The position numbers and the translations under genes are program-made. This document shows, piece after piece, positions 34,805-47,414 of a stretch of 64,000 bases of DNA; the first letter of the stretch is position 1, and each line of letters begins with the position of its first letter. Source of the DNA: an uncultured virus (IMG/VR IMGVR_UViG_3300020048_000096) (lineage: Duplodnaviria; Heunggongvirae; Uroviricota; Caudoviricetes); IMG/VR virus record IMGVR_UViG_3300020048_000096, positions 1 through 64,000 of that record. One strand, given 5' to 3'. The notes below the pieces were generated by a model. It worked only from the letters and a program-made list of their open reading frames with translations. It was not told where the DNA came from and ran no database searches.

Positions 34805-35395
34805 TTGATGATAAAAGAATCGAAAAAACCGAACCTGCAAGCTCCAAGACATCGTCCAAAAACAGTAGGTCGTATTAATAAAGAACTCGTATCAAAGTTA
34901 AGATCTTCTGTTCCAAGTGCTAAATCATTGACAGATACTGAGATTAAAAATATAGTACTGTCTTTTAATTTATTGGTATACAAAACTGTTATAGAGCATA
35001 GAGACGGCGTAGACCTTCCTGAAAATCTTGGTAATATATTCATTGGAAGTTGTTTACCTAAAATTAAAAAGAATGTAGATTTTAAAAAATCTACAGACTG
35101 TGCGCAGGTCATAGGGCATAGAAACTTTGAGAGTGATAATTTTCTGGCAAAAATATTCTATACAAATCACGAAACCAAGCATCGTTTCAAAAACAACGAA
35201 TTGTGGGGTTTTAAAGGGTGTAGAAATTTTACAAGGATGGTGGGAAAGGTATATCCAGAAAACTGGAAGAGATACATTCAAATAGATCACTCACTTAAAA
35301 TAAGTAAGTTGTTCAGAAAGAACTCTTATAGAATGGATATGGCAAAAAGGAATGATGACAGCATTTCCAATTACGATGAATTTGACATGGATTAA
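34805..35395 (+). CDS. IHF-like protein of the crAss-like tail module
   Basis: GVDLPE.LG.IFI motif; synteny before ring proteins. Confidence 0.65.
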   Translation: MMIKESKKPNLQAPRHRPKTVGRINKELVSKLRSSVPSAKSLTDTEIKNIVLSFNLLVYKTVIEHRDGVDLPENLGNIFIGSCLPKIKKNVDFKKSTDCAQVIGHRNFESDNFLAKIFYTNHETKHRFKNNELWGFKGCRNFTRMVGKVYPENWKRYIQIDHSLKISKLFRKNSYRMDMAKRNDDSISNYDEFDMD

Positions 35396-35409
35396 TAAAA
35401 GCATATAAA

Positions 35410-36084
35410 ATGACTACAATAGGAGAAGCTATTTCGGGCGTTCGAAATATTTTAAAAAGCGTAAAGATAGACGCATTCCTCACGGACAGGCTTATTTATT
35501 CTTTATTGAAAAAACATAGCAGGTGGCTAGTGAGAAGAGAAGATTCGTCTAATAAGATAATGAAAATAAGCAGTTTGTTCCATTCGATTAATTTTGTGGA
35601 GCTTATTGAAATTGACAGCATCGACGTTCCTGAATTAGGACTTAGGACAGGTGTTACCATAAAAAGAACTGCCGAAAAAGTACCTTCTTTAATGGATGGT
35701 TATTTTGGTCCGCTGATTCGTTCTGTCACAAGCATTGATAGGGGAATTTCTTTAGTTCCGGTTTATCCTTCAGTATATGAACAAATTAGCAAGCAGAAAA
35801 CATTCAGATTTAATACTAAAAAATACTATTGGTTTTTAGACGGATATTTATATTTTCCTAATATTCAATGGGATGCAGTGCGTATAGAAGGTCTGTTTGA
35901 AAATGATTTAAGTTTTTATACAATAAACGGCGATGAAGATTGTAGGCCGATGCAACAAAGAAAATTAACCATTCCTGAATTTTTGTTGGGAGAGGCAACT
36001 GAACATGTTCGTAAAGAATTATTTACAATGCTTCAAATTCCATCAGACCAGCAAAATGACAACAAACATATTGTTAGACCTTAA
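35410..36084 (+). CDS. tail ring protein
   Basis: YY...GYLYFPN...V.IEG.FE; synteny. Confidence 0.65.
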   Translation: MTTIGEAISGVRNILKSVKIDAFLTDRLIYSLLKKHSRWLVRREDSSNKIMKISSLFHSINFVELIEIDSIDVPELGLRTGVTIKRTAEKVPSLMDGYFGPLIRSVTSIDRGISLVPVYPSVYEQISKQKTFRFNTKKYYWFLDGYLYFPNIQWDAVRIEGLFENDLSFYTINGDEDCRPMQQRKLTIPEFLLGEATEHVRKELFTMLQIPSDQQNDNKHIVRP

Positions 36085-36094
36085 TTAATTACCG

Positions 36095-37186
36095 ATGCAT
36101 ACTACCTTAGAATACAGAACATTTGACGAGCTTTTAGATAGTGTTAAGATTGATTTAAAGACTTATGATCTTGAAGGAATGATAGAGGGTCAGGAGCTGC
36201 TTAAAATCGCCATACGCATTAACCGAGAATTAGGTTTGAAACTTAATCCTAATCAGCAGGAGTGTATTGAAATACATGACAATAAAGGAAGATTGCCAAT
36301 CAATTTTCACGTATTAAATTATGCATTAATATGCGAGGAAAAATCAAGTAACGTGATTGTGGAAAACAGCATAAGAAAAACATTCATGGAAGATGCTGCA
36401 GAAATGATGCTTTCTATGAAAGAAATGCTAAACAGTAGACAAAGCCTAAGAGAAGAAAGTTATACCGTAACGTTAAATCCAGGAATAAATATTATCAAAC
36501 ATAGTTTGAAGACTACAGATATTATGGTGCAGGTTATTGATAATGAAACTGGGGGAATTCTTAATTATGAGTTTGGTGTAGCTAACGAAGGTGAAGTAAG
36601 CATTCTTAATGATGCGATTGGTGCTGTTGAAAATGTAAGGATAATGCTGATTGGAAGAGATTTAGGAAATTATAGTAAAGGAATCGCGGAGATTAGTACG
36701 GATACCGAAGGGTATGCTATTATAAAATATTTGAAAAGCAATAGATGTGTCACGTATTCTCACAACGCCCCTATAGAAATTAAAAATGAGCGAACTGTAA
36801 ATAAAATTCATCATTCACATGAAGCCAGTCATTATAGTGCTTATTTGAAATCTAATTTTATACACACCAATTTCTCAGAAGGTGTAGTTTATTTAAACTA
36901 CGCTGGTACTATGGAAGATTCTGATGGCAATCTTTTAGTGTTAGATCATCCTTTCGTAAATGAATATTACGAGTACTCTTTTAAAGAACGCATTTTTGAA
37001 AATATGTTTGCTAATGGCGAAGCCACTGTATTGAGCAGATTGCAGATGTACTCTCAGAAGATTAGAGCTGTAAAAAACAATGCTTTCAGTTATGTGAATA
37101 CGCCTGATTTCAGGGTATTGAAAAACATTCACGATGTGAACAAGCGCGCAATGCATCACAAGTATTACAACATGTTCAAGTCTTAA
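36095..37186 (+). CDS. tail tubular / ring protein
   Basis: LP.NF and IHTNF.EG.VYLNY....D.DG.L motifs; directly before the muzzle gene. Confidence 0.7.
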   Translation: MHTTLEYRTFDELLDSVKIDLKTYDLEGMIEGQELLKIAIRINRELGLKLNPNQQECIEIHDNKGRLPINFHVLNYALICEEKSSNVIVENSIRKTFMEDAAEMMLSMKEMLNSRQSLREESYTVTLNPGINIIKHSLKTTDIMVQVIDNETGGILNYEFGVANEGEVSILNDAIGAVENVRIMLIGRDLGNYSKGIAEISTDTEGYAIIKYLKSNRCVTYSHNAPIEIKNERTVNKIHHSHEASHYSAYLKSNFIHTNFSEGVVYLNYAGTMEDSDGNLLVLDHPFVNEYYEYSFKERIFENMFANGEATVLSRLQMYSQKIRAVKNNAFSYVNTPDFRVLKNIHDVNKRAMHHKYYNMFKS

Positions 37187-37195
37187 AACTCAGTT

Positions 37196-40100
37196 ATGGC
37201 TAATACAAATAAAGAACAAGCTTCACAGCATCATACTAGCGTAAACAGTTTCTCAAAAGGAATGATTACGGACATGGATGCTCTTTATATAGGAGAAGGC
37301 GTATGGACGAGTGCAAGAAATGCAGTGAACAATTCTCATCTTGGAGAAGCTGGTGTTATAGGCAACGAACAATCTAACGTACTAATTACTAAGTCGACCT
37401 ACGACATCATAGGTTGTTTGCATAAAAACGATAGCGAGTGGCTTATTTTTTCAACAGACGATACCTATGGTGAAATTGGTATTTTTAATGAGCATGATAA
37501 AACTTACGTGCGTCTTGTAAATGACAACGGATTTAAGTTCAGTAAAAATAATCTTATTGGGGGCGCTGTTAAGAAAAATAAAGACTGTTCTTACAGTGTT
37601 TATTGGCAAGACAGATTGAATCCTGATCGCTTTATGAACCTTGATAAAATTCCATACTTGAAAACGGGTATTAATTTATCTAGTGATAAAGACTGCATTG
37701 TTCCTGAATATTCAAAAGGAATAAATGTTAAAAAATTATTACTGTCACCGATTGTAAGTGTGCCTCGAATTCGTACAAGTAAAGCAGGTGGCGGAGGGCA
37801 ATTGCTAAATGGTTCTTACCAAGTTTCAGTTGCTTATAGTGTAGAAGGCGTAAGGGTTACAAGTTATTTTGGCTCAGGAGAAATCCAACCATTGTGGAAT
37901 CATAGTGGTGCGGGCTCTTCTTTGGATATTTTAATAGAAGATGTCGACCTGGACTTTGACGAAATGGAAGTGGTTATCATAAGCACCATCAATGGACAGA
38001 CTGTTGCAAGAAAATTAGGAAATTACAGCACTCGTCAAAACAAAATTACAATAGACGCAATCAGTCAGGCGGCAGTGGTAATACCGTTGTCTGTTATTCC
38101 GTTGTCAAACCCTACTTATTACAGAAGTGATAACATGTTTACGCTGAACGGGTACTTACTTCGTTCTGGAGTAACAACCATCCCTGACTTTAACTATCAG
38201 CCTTTAGCAAATAACATTGTATCAAAATGGGTTGCTGTAGAATATCCCGCTTCTTATTATGAGAACGGCGGAAATAAAGCAGTGTATATGACTGACGAAG
38301 TGTATGCTTTTTTTATTCGTTGGATTTACAGTTCTGGAACAAAAAGCGCGTCATATCATATTCCTGGAAGAAAAGCTTTGGCCAGCGATTTGACTATTGC
38401 AACAGGAAAAGATATTCTTTCTGGAGAAACTAAGCAATGGCAAGTACAAAATACGGCGGCTCTTATTACAACACCTAAAGATCAGATATTACCTGACGGT
38501 GGTAAAGTAGTACTTACCGGAATCATGGCTTATACAGAGTCTTCTGAGAAGTACGTTGATACTAAGCCTGAAATATGGGGCGAACTATGTGGCAAGCAAA
38601 TTCGTCACCATAAATTTCCAGATAATTCACTGGTTAATATTCACGGAAAAGACGGAACGATTATTAATTTGCTTGGTGTAAAATTTGAAAACGTTCAGCA
38701 TCCAGTTGACATTAACGGGAATCCTATTGCCGATATTGTTGGTTATGAAATTCTAAGAGGAAGNNNNNNNNNNCCAAAGGCGTATTTAATAATCTTTGGG
38801 AATATGACATAGAAGGAAATGATACGGTCAAAGGTATTTATCAGAACTTTCCATATAACGACTTGCGACCTAACAAGCTTCTGAGAACAGTTTTGAAAAA
38901 AGACGGCGGAAACCGTCCGGATCATAACTCATCGGTTCCAAGCAAATTTAGAAAAGACATGTATTCTTTTCACTCTCCTGATACTACGTTTAATAAACCT
39001 TTTTTATCAGGATGTTATGTGAATTTATACACCCAAGAATCAGGAATTGCGAAGTCAAGATTTGAAATTCCTTTTGAACATCCTAAAGGAAAGCTTATCA
39101 CAGATGGTGCCTTTATTATGAGTGCTATCATAGGTCTTGGAATTGCTTTGCAATCAGCTATGGGAAAAATGAGTTTCAAAGGAGACCTTAAAGCTGGAGG
39201 GGGAGTTTCGCTTTTTGGATTGATAAAAGCAGACGCCAGTAAGGCAACTAGTGCAGGGTATGAAGGTGGTACAGGAAATCCACTTACATCAATTGTTCTG
39301 ACAGGCTTTAATACTCCAGCCTATACTATTGCATCACTTGTTGAAATTGCACCTAAAGTAATCTACTATGGAGCCCTGGGTGTGGATGCTGCTTTACAAG
39401 CAATGTATGCTTTCACGGGCTTTAAAGACTATGGCTTACAATTAAACTCTCATGCTTTTTATAATAAATCATCAGCATTAACTATAGGAAACAAACGTAG
39501 AAGCATACAACCTTCTTCAATTAAATATATAGATCCTTTTGTGCAGGATTTTTCTGCCACAGAACGCATCAACAATCTTTTCAGAAACAAATATGTAGCC
39601 ATAAAAATAGACGGTGAATTTTCAGTTCCTACTGTGCAGGATAACACTCGCTTTAGAGTACGAGACTTGACGGACAGTCCTCACTCAGAGCCATGGGAAA
39701 AGGAGTATAAAAGCACCACGTCAACTTTTTATGGTGCTTTGAAGTACACGTTCGACAACCAGTATGGACAATTAGAGTCTATTATTCAGATTCCACTTAA
39801 TGGAAAAGTGAATAAAACAAAAGCTGACAAGTATGGATTATTTTCATCAGAAATATCTTTCGGCGGAGATATCTATATCAATCGTTACACTGAGAAGAAC
39901 CCTTATATGTTTTTCAATACGTGGATGCAAGGGCAACAGCCAGGCACCGAATTCAATTATAAGAATTACATCAACGGTCCCGCCCCAAGATACTGGGCTA
40001 ACTTTAACAAGTATGACATGGCTGATTTTAATCTTCAAGTTAAAATTAAGTTGAAAGGAAGTAAAATCACAATGAACACACCAAGTGACTTTCATCATTT

Positions 40101-41805
40101 AGATAGAGATGAAAAGGATAGTGCTAGTTGGTTTATGTTAAAACGTTCATGGTTTTATTTAAGCTACAATGGCGTTCGTGATTTCTTTGTGGAATCTGAA
40201 ATAAATTTAGCACATCGAGATTACGGCGAGAAGCCAACAGAGCGCCACTATGATGCATCTGGATATACGGACTTGAAAGAGATGTTTCGTTCTGACAGAA
40301 TTACTGCGGGAAATTATTACAAGTATGATTTTTCTTTAAGCGCCTCTAAAGTATTTAATAATTTTATCAGTTGGGGAAGTCTGCTTCCTTCTACGTTTGA
40401 TCCTTATGTATCTGCTACTTGTTATCAGTACTATCCTAAGCGTGTGGTGTATTCATTGCAGGCTCATAATGAAGATAAGCAAGACCAATGGAGGCAATAT
40501 TTAGCAAACAACTACAAAGATTTTAACCACAAGGTAAATCAAATTAAGGCGTTAAACGAAACAGGAAGTTTAATTTTATTTGAAAACGGAGAGCCTCTGT
40601 TATTTAGAGGCATTGATACATTGCAATCTACCGGAAATATTAAATACGTTGTTGGCGATGGTGGTTTATTTTCTGACAGTACAGTTCAAGGAATTGTAAA
40701 TGCCGATGACAGTTTAGAATATGGTAGTTGCCAATCGCTTCGAGGAGCTATAAATACTCCTTATGGATTGTTTTATATTTCTCAGAAAGCAGGCAAGATA
40801 GATTTGTTTGACGGAAGTTCTATTAAAGACATATCGAGAGGTTTAAAATTCTGGTTTGCTGATAATTTACCAAGTAGGTTACTGGCGGACTTCCCAGACT
40901 TTCCATTGGCTGATAATCCGGTACACGGCGTTGGCTGTCAAACTATTTATTGCAGTCGCTACGAGCTTGTATATTTCTGCAAAAAGGATTACAAGCTTAT
41001 TAAAGAAGGATTGAAGATGGACTCTAAAGGTTTTTACTACATTGAAAACACGAGAGTCGATGTGAAGCTTGGCGATCCTTTGTATTTTGAAGACTGTTCT
41101 TGGACGCGTAGCTACGACCCTAAAACAAATTCATGGTTGTCTGCACACGACTGGCACCCTGGTTTGGTGATACCTTCCTACAACGGATTTATAACAATCA
41201 AAGAAGACGGGTTTTGGAAACACAATGACTGCTTTACATCGTACTGTAATTTCTACGGAAAGGATTATCCTTTTGAAGTGGAGTTCACTGCAAGTACAGG
41301 CGTGACTGCGACGACTTTAAAAAGTGTTGAATACACTCTTGAGAACTATCGCTACCACAACGATGGCAAAGACGGGTACATGATTTTAGACCACAACTTT
41401 GACAGAGCTGTACTTTACAACAACGAACAGATTTCAGGATGGTTGAAGTTAAACATCACGCCTAAGAACAATCCTATGGCTATTTTGAAATATCCGGCCA
41501 TCAACGGTTCCTTTATAGATATTCTTTACAGTAAAGAGGAAAACAAATACCGATTCAATCAGTTTTGGGACATCACAAAAGACCGTGGGGAATTCACGAA
41601 CAATGCTGTACCTATGTGGAAGACGAGAGCCAACGGATATGAAAAAACCGTAAACCCTGTGGCAGTAGACTATTCTAAGAAAGCCACAGAGCGTAAGAAA
41701 TTTAGAAACTATAACAACAGCGTTCTTCTCAGAAGAAATATAAGCGGTGACGTGAAAATGTTGTTGAAAGCTTTTAGTATTAAACAAACTCCAAGCGCAA
41801 GATAA
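37196..41805 (+). CDS. tail stabilisation / muzzle protein (one gene split by the N gap at 38764-38773)
   Basis: NSF.KGM..D N-terminus; sequence after the gap reads KGVFNNLWEYD...YNDLRPNK into the 38863 ORF frame; W.S.HDW.P motif. Confidence 0.75.
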
Positions 41806-44132
41806 TGGCAAATTATTCAGACATAGAAGCTCTTCGTTTAGAGTTGAGAAGATTAAGAAACGGCGGAGAACCACCAGTTAAAAAAACAAAAGTTGTTAGT
41901 AGTAAATCTGACCCTTCCTATGTAGCATATAAGGATAGTTTAGATATTTTTAATAGCAATCAATCTTTAGTTAATAATTTAAAAAGAAAAGGATATGAAT
42001 CTAGAGGAGCTACCTCTGATGATAAAAAATGGATAGCACAACAAATTAAAAATTATGCTGCTCAAGCTGATGGAACTTTTAAGTATGATACTCCTTCTAG
42101 TATGATAGTTGCTGCTAATCCACAAAAAAAAGGAAAATTATATGAGGTTGATGATTTAGTTCCACATATAATAAGAGAAGGATTAGGCAAACAACTTTTT
42201 TCTAAAGATATAATGCCAAANNNNNNNNNNCAAAGGGACAAAAAGTATATTCTGAAAATTTATTAGGACTTGGTTTTGGAGATAAGAGAGTTACTTTTGA
42301 TTATTCTAATGTAAACCCAAAACAAAAAGTAATAGTTGTTAATAAAGAGAAGTCTCCTATTACTCCCATTACTCCTATTATTCCAAAAGAAAGAGTAAAA
42401 GGCATTAATACTACTCTTTTTGGTTTACAACCAATATCTAATGAAAGTTCTGCTGAAATAATAGAAAGAGAAACACGACCTGAAGCTAGAATACCAGATA
42501 GATATGATGTAATGAGAACACATAAAGGATGGAGTGAGCATGGAAAATATACAACCCCAGAAGAAACTTTAAAATTAAAAGAAGAATATGATAGGGTTAA
42601 AAATCTTTTAGGTGATAAAGCTCCTACGCTTAGTATAAAACCTCAATGGGATACTACAGGAGTACAGAAGAAACTTCAGAATGGTGGTGAACTTTGGTAT
42701 GATAATACAGTTCCATCTTCTAAACCGATGCCTAGAAAAACATTCTTACAACCTGGAAGTGATAAGTTACCTAGTGCTAATAACCATTCTGAAGTATCAA
42801 TATCTATAGGTGGAGAGAATGGAGAGCCAGCTTATATAATTCCTTCTTTTAAAGGTGGAAAATTTTTAAAAGATCCCATTAAAGAATTTAAGAGAACAGG
42901 AGAAAATCTTGGAGGCCCTTTTAAAACATGGCAAGATGCTGAGAGATTTAATACTGAAAGACATAAATATGTAGAGAATGGTAAACAAGATATTCCTACA
43001 CCACTTGCTCATAGAAATATGCAGAATGGTGGAGAATCAAATATTAGTAATACTCCTTTAGAAAACAACAATATGAAAAAATTAGACTATCCAAACTTCA
43101 AAATACCTACCTACGCTTTAGGAGATGAAGTACAAGAGAATCCTTGGCAAAAAGCATTTGCAAAAGCTGCTAATATGGGCGGTAACAATGCCGCCGCTTA
43201 CATGCACTCATTACCAAAGCGAGGATTTTTTGGTGATATGGCAAATATCATGAGAGGTATTCAAGTTGCAGGAACCGTTGCTTCTGGATATTCCGGAGCT
43301 ATTGGTGCTTTTGGGAAGAAAGATGAAAAGCANNNNNNNNNNTCCTGCCGCACCAATGGCTCCTGCAGTAAACGGTACAAGTAGAGAAAAAGGATTTTAC
43401 CAACCGGAAGATACACGATGGGACCAATTTCAACTTGACCCAAATGCCAATTATCCTGGCGTGGGTTATGTTGGTTCTGGCGGTGTTCAGAAAAAATTCT
43501 TTAACGGTGGTGAAAACTGGATGGAACAAATGCTTAACAAACAAGGAACTGTAGGTAATGCAGATGAACAACCTGATTGGATGAAAAGATTACTTGAACA
43601 AGAGAGTACTGCCCCTATAGGTGGTGCACAATCAAATTGGACGAAAGATTTCTTAGATGAAGGAACTACACTAAAAGATAACTATGGTGGAAAAGCCATT
43701 GACCCTAATAGATTCTCTTCTCAGAAAGCAGCCCAATTGCCAGAAAAACTATCTGCTGGAGAACAGAGCGCTATGACTGCAATTACGAATTTGAATGATA
43801 TAGCGGAAAGCAAAAACTATAGCAATGAATATAAATGGGCAGAGAAGGAAGCTATCAGACAAGGAAACACAGACTCTATGTATGGGAATATGGACTATCA
43901 AGGTTCTAATCCTTATGGTGATTACTTACCAAACGTAGGTGCTGGACAGAACTTTAGACCTAATGCAAATACCATTGTTCAGGATGCGGGAAACAATTTT
44001 CAGATGCCGGGATTCCCAAGAATGAAAGATGGTGGTGAGGCTTTTTATGATGAGAATGAGGAATACGATTTGACAGAAGAAGAAATCCAAGACTTGATAG
44101 CTCAGGGATATGATATTGAAATGCTTGATTAA
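41805..44132 (+). CDS. cargo/internal virion protein with xxGG motifs (probably one gene split by gaps at 42221 and 43333)
   Basis: Post-gap sequence from 42233 is open in the frame of ORF 42512; recurrent NGGE/DGGE motifs. Confidence 0.55.
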
Positions 44133-44211
44133 TTATTAAAACACAAGGATTTACCAGAACTATTTCGTAAATTCTTTATGTGCACCCACATTTACTAAAA
44201 CTATAACGAAT

Positions 44212-47200
44212 ATGAGATGTCGAGTTACCAAAAAACCGCAGTTCAAACTTGGAGGGGCTAACCCTTTGAATGCAAAAACAAGTAAGAGTATGGGCGCTGT
44301 TCCCAGAGAACAGGCCAACCTTGAAGCTGAAGGAGGAGAGAATGTTGTAGGCGATGTAAATGGAGATGGGTTCATTAAAAACATGAACATTGTTGGTCCG
44401 TCACACGCACAAGGTGGCGTTCCTATGAATCTTTCTCCTGGGAATTTTATTTACTCCGATGATAAATCCATGAAGATATCAGATGCTGNNNNNNNNNNGC
44501 CGGCACATATAATTACACATACGGCACATTGACCCAAATGGCAACATTTTATATGTTTCTGTAAATGGTCAAATGAACATGACTGAGTTTGCAGAGGCGA
44601 GCCTGGAGCATTATTTCATTTATCAGGATTTCAGACAAGATGATGTGATGGATTTTCTTTTTATCGATGATAAATCCATGAAGATATCAGATGCTGAGAC
44701 ATTGGCGATGTTCGGAGTTGCCGGAAAGAAATCTGTTACGCCGGCGCATATAGCCAAAAGATTTCCATTGAACGATTTCATGGCAAAACTAAAAGACAAG
44801 AACTCAAACGCAATTGAAAAGCGTACCGCAGAAGCAATGATTGAGAACAACACTAAGAAGCTTGCTGAATTAGCCATGGTACAAGAAGGAATGAAGGGAT
44901 TCAAAAACGGTGTCCCTGCTATTGCGTCTTCTGTGTTAAGTGCCGGTGAGCAAGGTATGCCACAAGCAAGATTCGGTGGTTCATTGGATAAGTTTGTTAC
45001 AGGCGGAGATCCTCCAATTGCAACAGGTTCTACTTTTTATATAAATAATCAGAAGGCTACGATAAAAAGCAGAGGGAACTCTTTATGGGGTGGGACTAAT
45101 GACGAGTGGGTTCACTTCGATGAACCAATATCTATAGACGGAAGTTCTAACAAGATGAGTAAGATGCGTGTCAAAGATTTAGAAAGCGCATTAAAGAAAG
45201 AGATTAACATGGCTAAATCATCAACGGGTAGTCAATGGGAAACTTTAGATGAACTTAATTTTTTTCAGAAAAAAGCTAGTGCGGGGTTAGGATCTAATTA
45301 TAGTAAAATTATAGCGTCTTCAACTAAGGATAGCGTTAAACATAGTGATAATGAATATAAAAAAGATACTGAATTTTCAGAAGGAAATAGAAAATGGAAA
45401 ATAACAAATGAGAATGTGTATGGGAGAGATGGCTCAACAGGTGCTACCATTGAAAAATTAGAAGATGACAATAATGATCTAAGTGCTTACTATGATCGTA
45501 GAAGAAAATTCGTGTCATACGAAGAACTTAACAAACTAATGGGTGCTAACGCATCTTCGACAGGTACTGGAAAAAATGTTGCTCCGAGTAACAATGATCC
45601 ACTTCTTGTTAATGAAACTCCTGGCATAGCCACGGTAAAACAATCTGACATTGTTAAGCTCAAGGATGGTAGTAGTTTTACTTATTTTTCAAATGGTAGA
45701 GTTATGGCTACAGAAGCTAATGGAAAACGATATATGGGTACTGGTAAAAAAGGAGACAACGTTAAATGGGATGAAGGAAATCTTGAGGAAGGTAAAGCTC
45801 CTGCGAAAGCAGTAACTAATAAAACTGATAACAAAACTGTAGTTACAAATAATACTAGTACCACATCTAACTACGGCGCTTTAAGAACAAAATATAAACA
45901 AAAATTAGGTGGTGAATTATTGCCTGAGTATGGAACAAAAGGGGAGACTAAAGAGTCTGCAATCCCGCCTCCATTTAAAAATTCAGATATTTTACAAGAT
46001 GGTGTTGACGTAATTAACGGTGTTTCACGAAGAGTGGTTCAGACGAAAGATAAAAAGACTTACGTTAAACAAGGAAATCAATGGCATGCGGTAGATTTTA
46101 ATACAGCAACAGACTCCGAACTTNNNNNNNNNNGTTTTCTTTAACCCTGATACTGCTAACAGCGCAAACGACAGTGAAATTTATGATGCCGCTTCTGAGA
46201 AGGGACTTAAAGTAACTAAAGCAAGTGTAGATTATAACAGCTTTGGTAGACAGAGTAAAAATGCAAGTGGGTTTTATACCTCTGGAGATAATACTCTGGA
46301 CATGAACGATTTTGCAGTTCGTCAAAAACCATTGATGGATAAATCATACCAAGGCGGTTTCGACCAGTGGGTAAAAGATGTGAATGACCCTGCCAAAAGT
46401 GAATCGGCAACAGAGTCATTCCAGAATATTTACGACCAATACGCTATCACCACTACTGGGAAACCTTATTTCACAGGAATAGGTGCTGGTAAAAAAGATG
46501 GATTGTTTGGGCAATACACATGGTCGGCACCATCTTTAATGAAGGAAGAAGTGCCTACAGAAACTAAAAACGTTACAAGCGTCGCAGGTACTATTGAGGA
46601 CCCTGCTGCAAAAATTGAAAACCAAGGTCAAAAATTTAGCGACTCCTGGACGCAACAAGATTTAAACAATTTTGTGACAGCGGCAAGCATGGATATTGCA
46701 AAGGTTCGGCCTACGTTACATCAGGTGCCTATCACACAAATGGACCCTACGTTTACAGATCCATCAAGACAAATAGCAGCCCGTCAGGAACAGTACAATA
46801 AACTTGCTGATTTCTTTGGTAACTCCGCAGACGGACAAACCGCCAGAGCAAATATGTTAGTTGCTGCAGGAGAAAGTGCTGAAGGTATTTCAAATGATAT
46901 TGCACAGTCCAACGCTCAAAACGTAGGGATTGCAAATAACGTAGAGCAATTTAATACGCAGATGATGCAACAAGGCTTGGGTGTAAATGCAAATTTGAAA
47001 AAGACATTTGAAGACGAAAGCGCTACATTTTTACAAAACTTGACGAATGCTAAAAACAAGAAAAGCGAGATGGTAACAGCTGCTTTCAACAGAGGTGTGA
47101 CCAACGAGCAAATGTATAACAAATGGTTGCCGACGCTTATCCCAGAGTTTAGAGCTGATGCATGGAGTGGAAAAATTGGTTTTACCGGAAAAGGAGATCA

Positions 47201-47405
47201 TGTGACTGATCCTTACGGAACGTATGCTGTAGATGCTGTTGGTAACAGTGATGAGGCCGCAAAACAATATGCCGCTGATAAAGACCTATATGGAGAATTT
47301 CCTGCACAAGCAAGGTACAAAGAAAGGATGAGTAAAAGCACCAGTGGTTCTCCAAACAACCAGGCTCTTATGATGCAATTATTACAACAAATGAATAACC
47401 AATAA
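44212..47405 (+). CDS. cargo/internal virion protein (one gene broken by gaps at 44489 and 46124 and a probable chimeric insert)
   Basis: N-terminal ANLEAEGGE...GPSHAQGGV motif; post-46133 sequence is open in the frame of ORF 46302. Confidence 0.6.
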
Positions 47406-47414
47406 TTTAGACCA

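Noticed and set aside
44457..44696. 32-bp direct repeat (44457-44488 / 44665-44696) flanking ~170 nt of unrelated sequence, resembling an insertion with target duplication
   Set aside because: It abuts a 10-N scaffold gap, and the insert starts with a near-copy of 44740-44752. A chimeric or overlapping contig join is more likely; read mapping would settle it.
38764..46133. Apparent frameshifts or split genes in the muzzle and cargo genes
   Set aside because: Every break coincides with a 10-N gap of arbitrary length, so they are not evidence of programmed frameshifting or pseudogenes.
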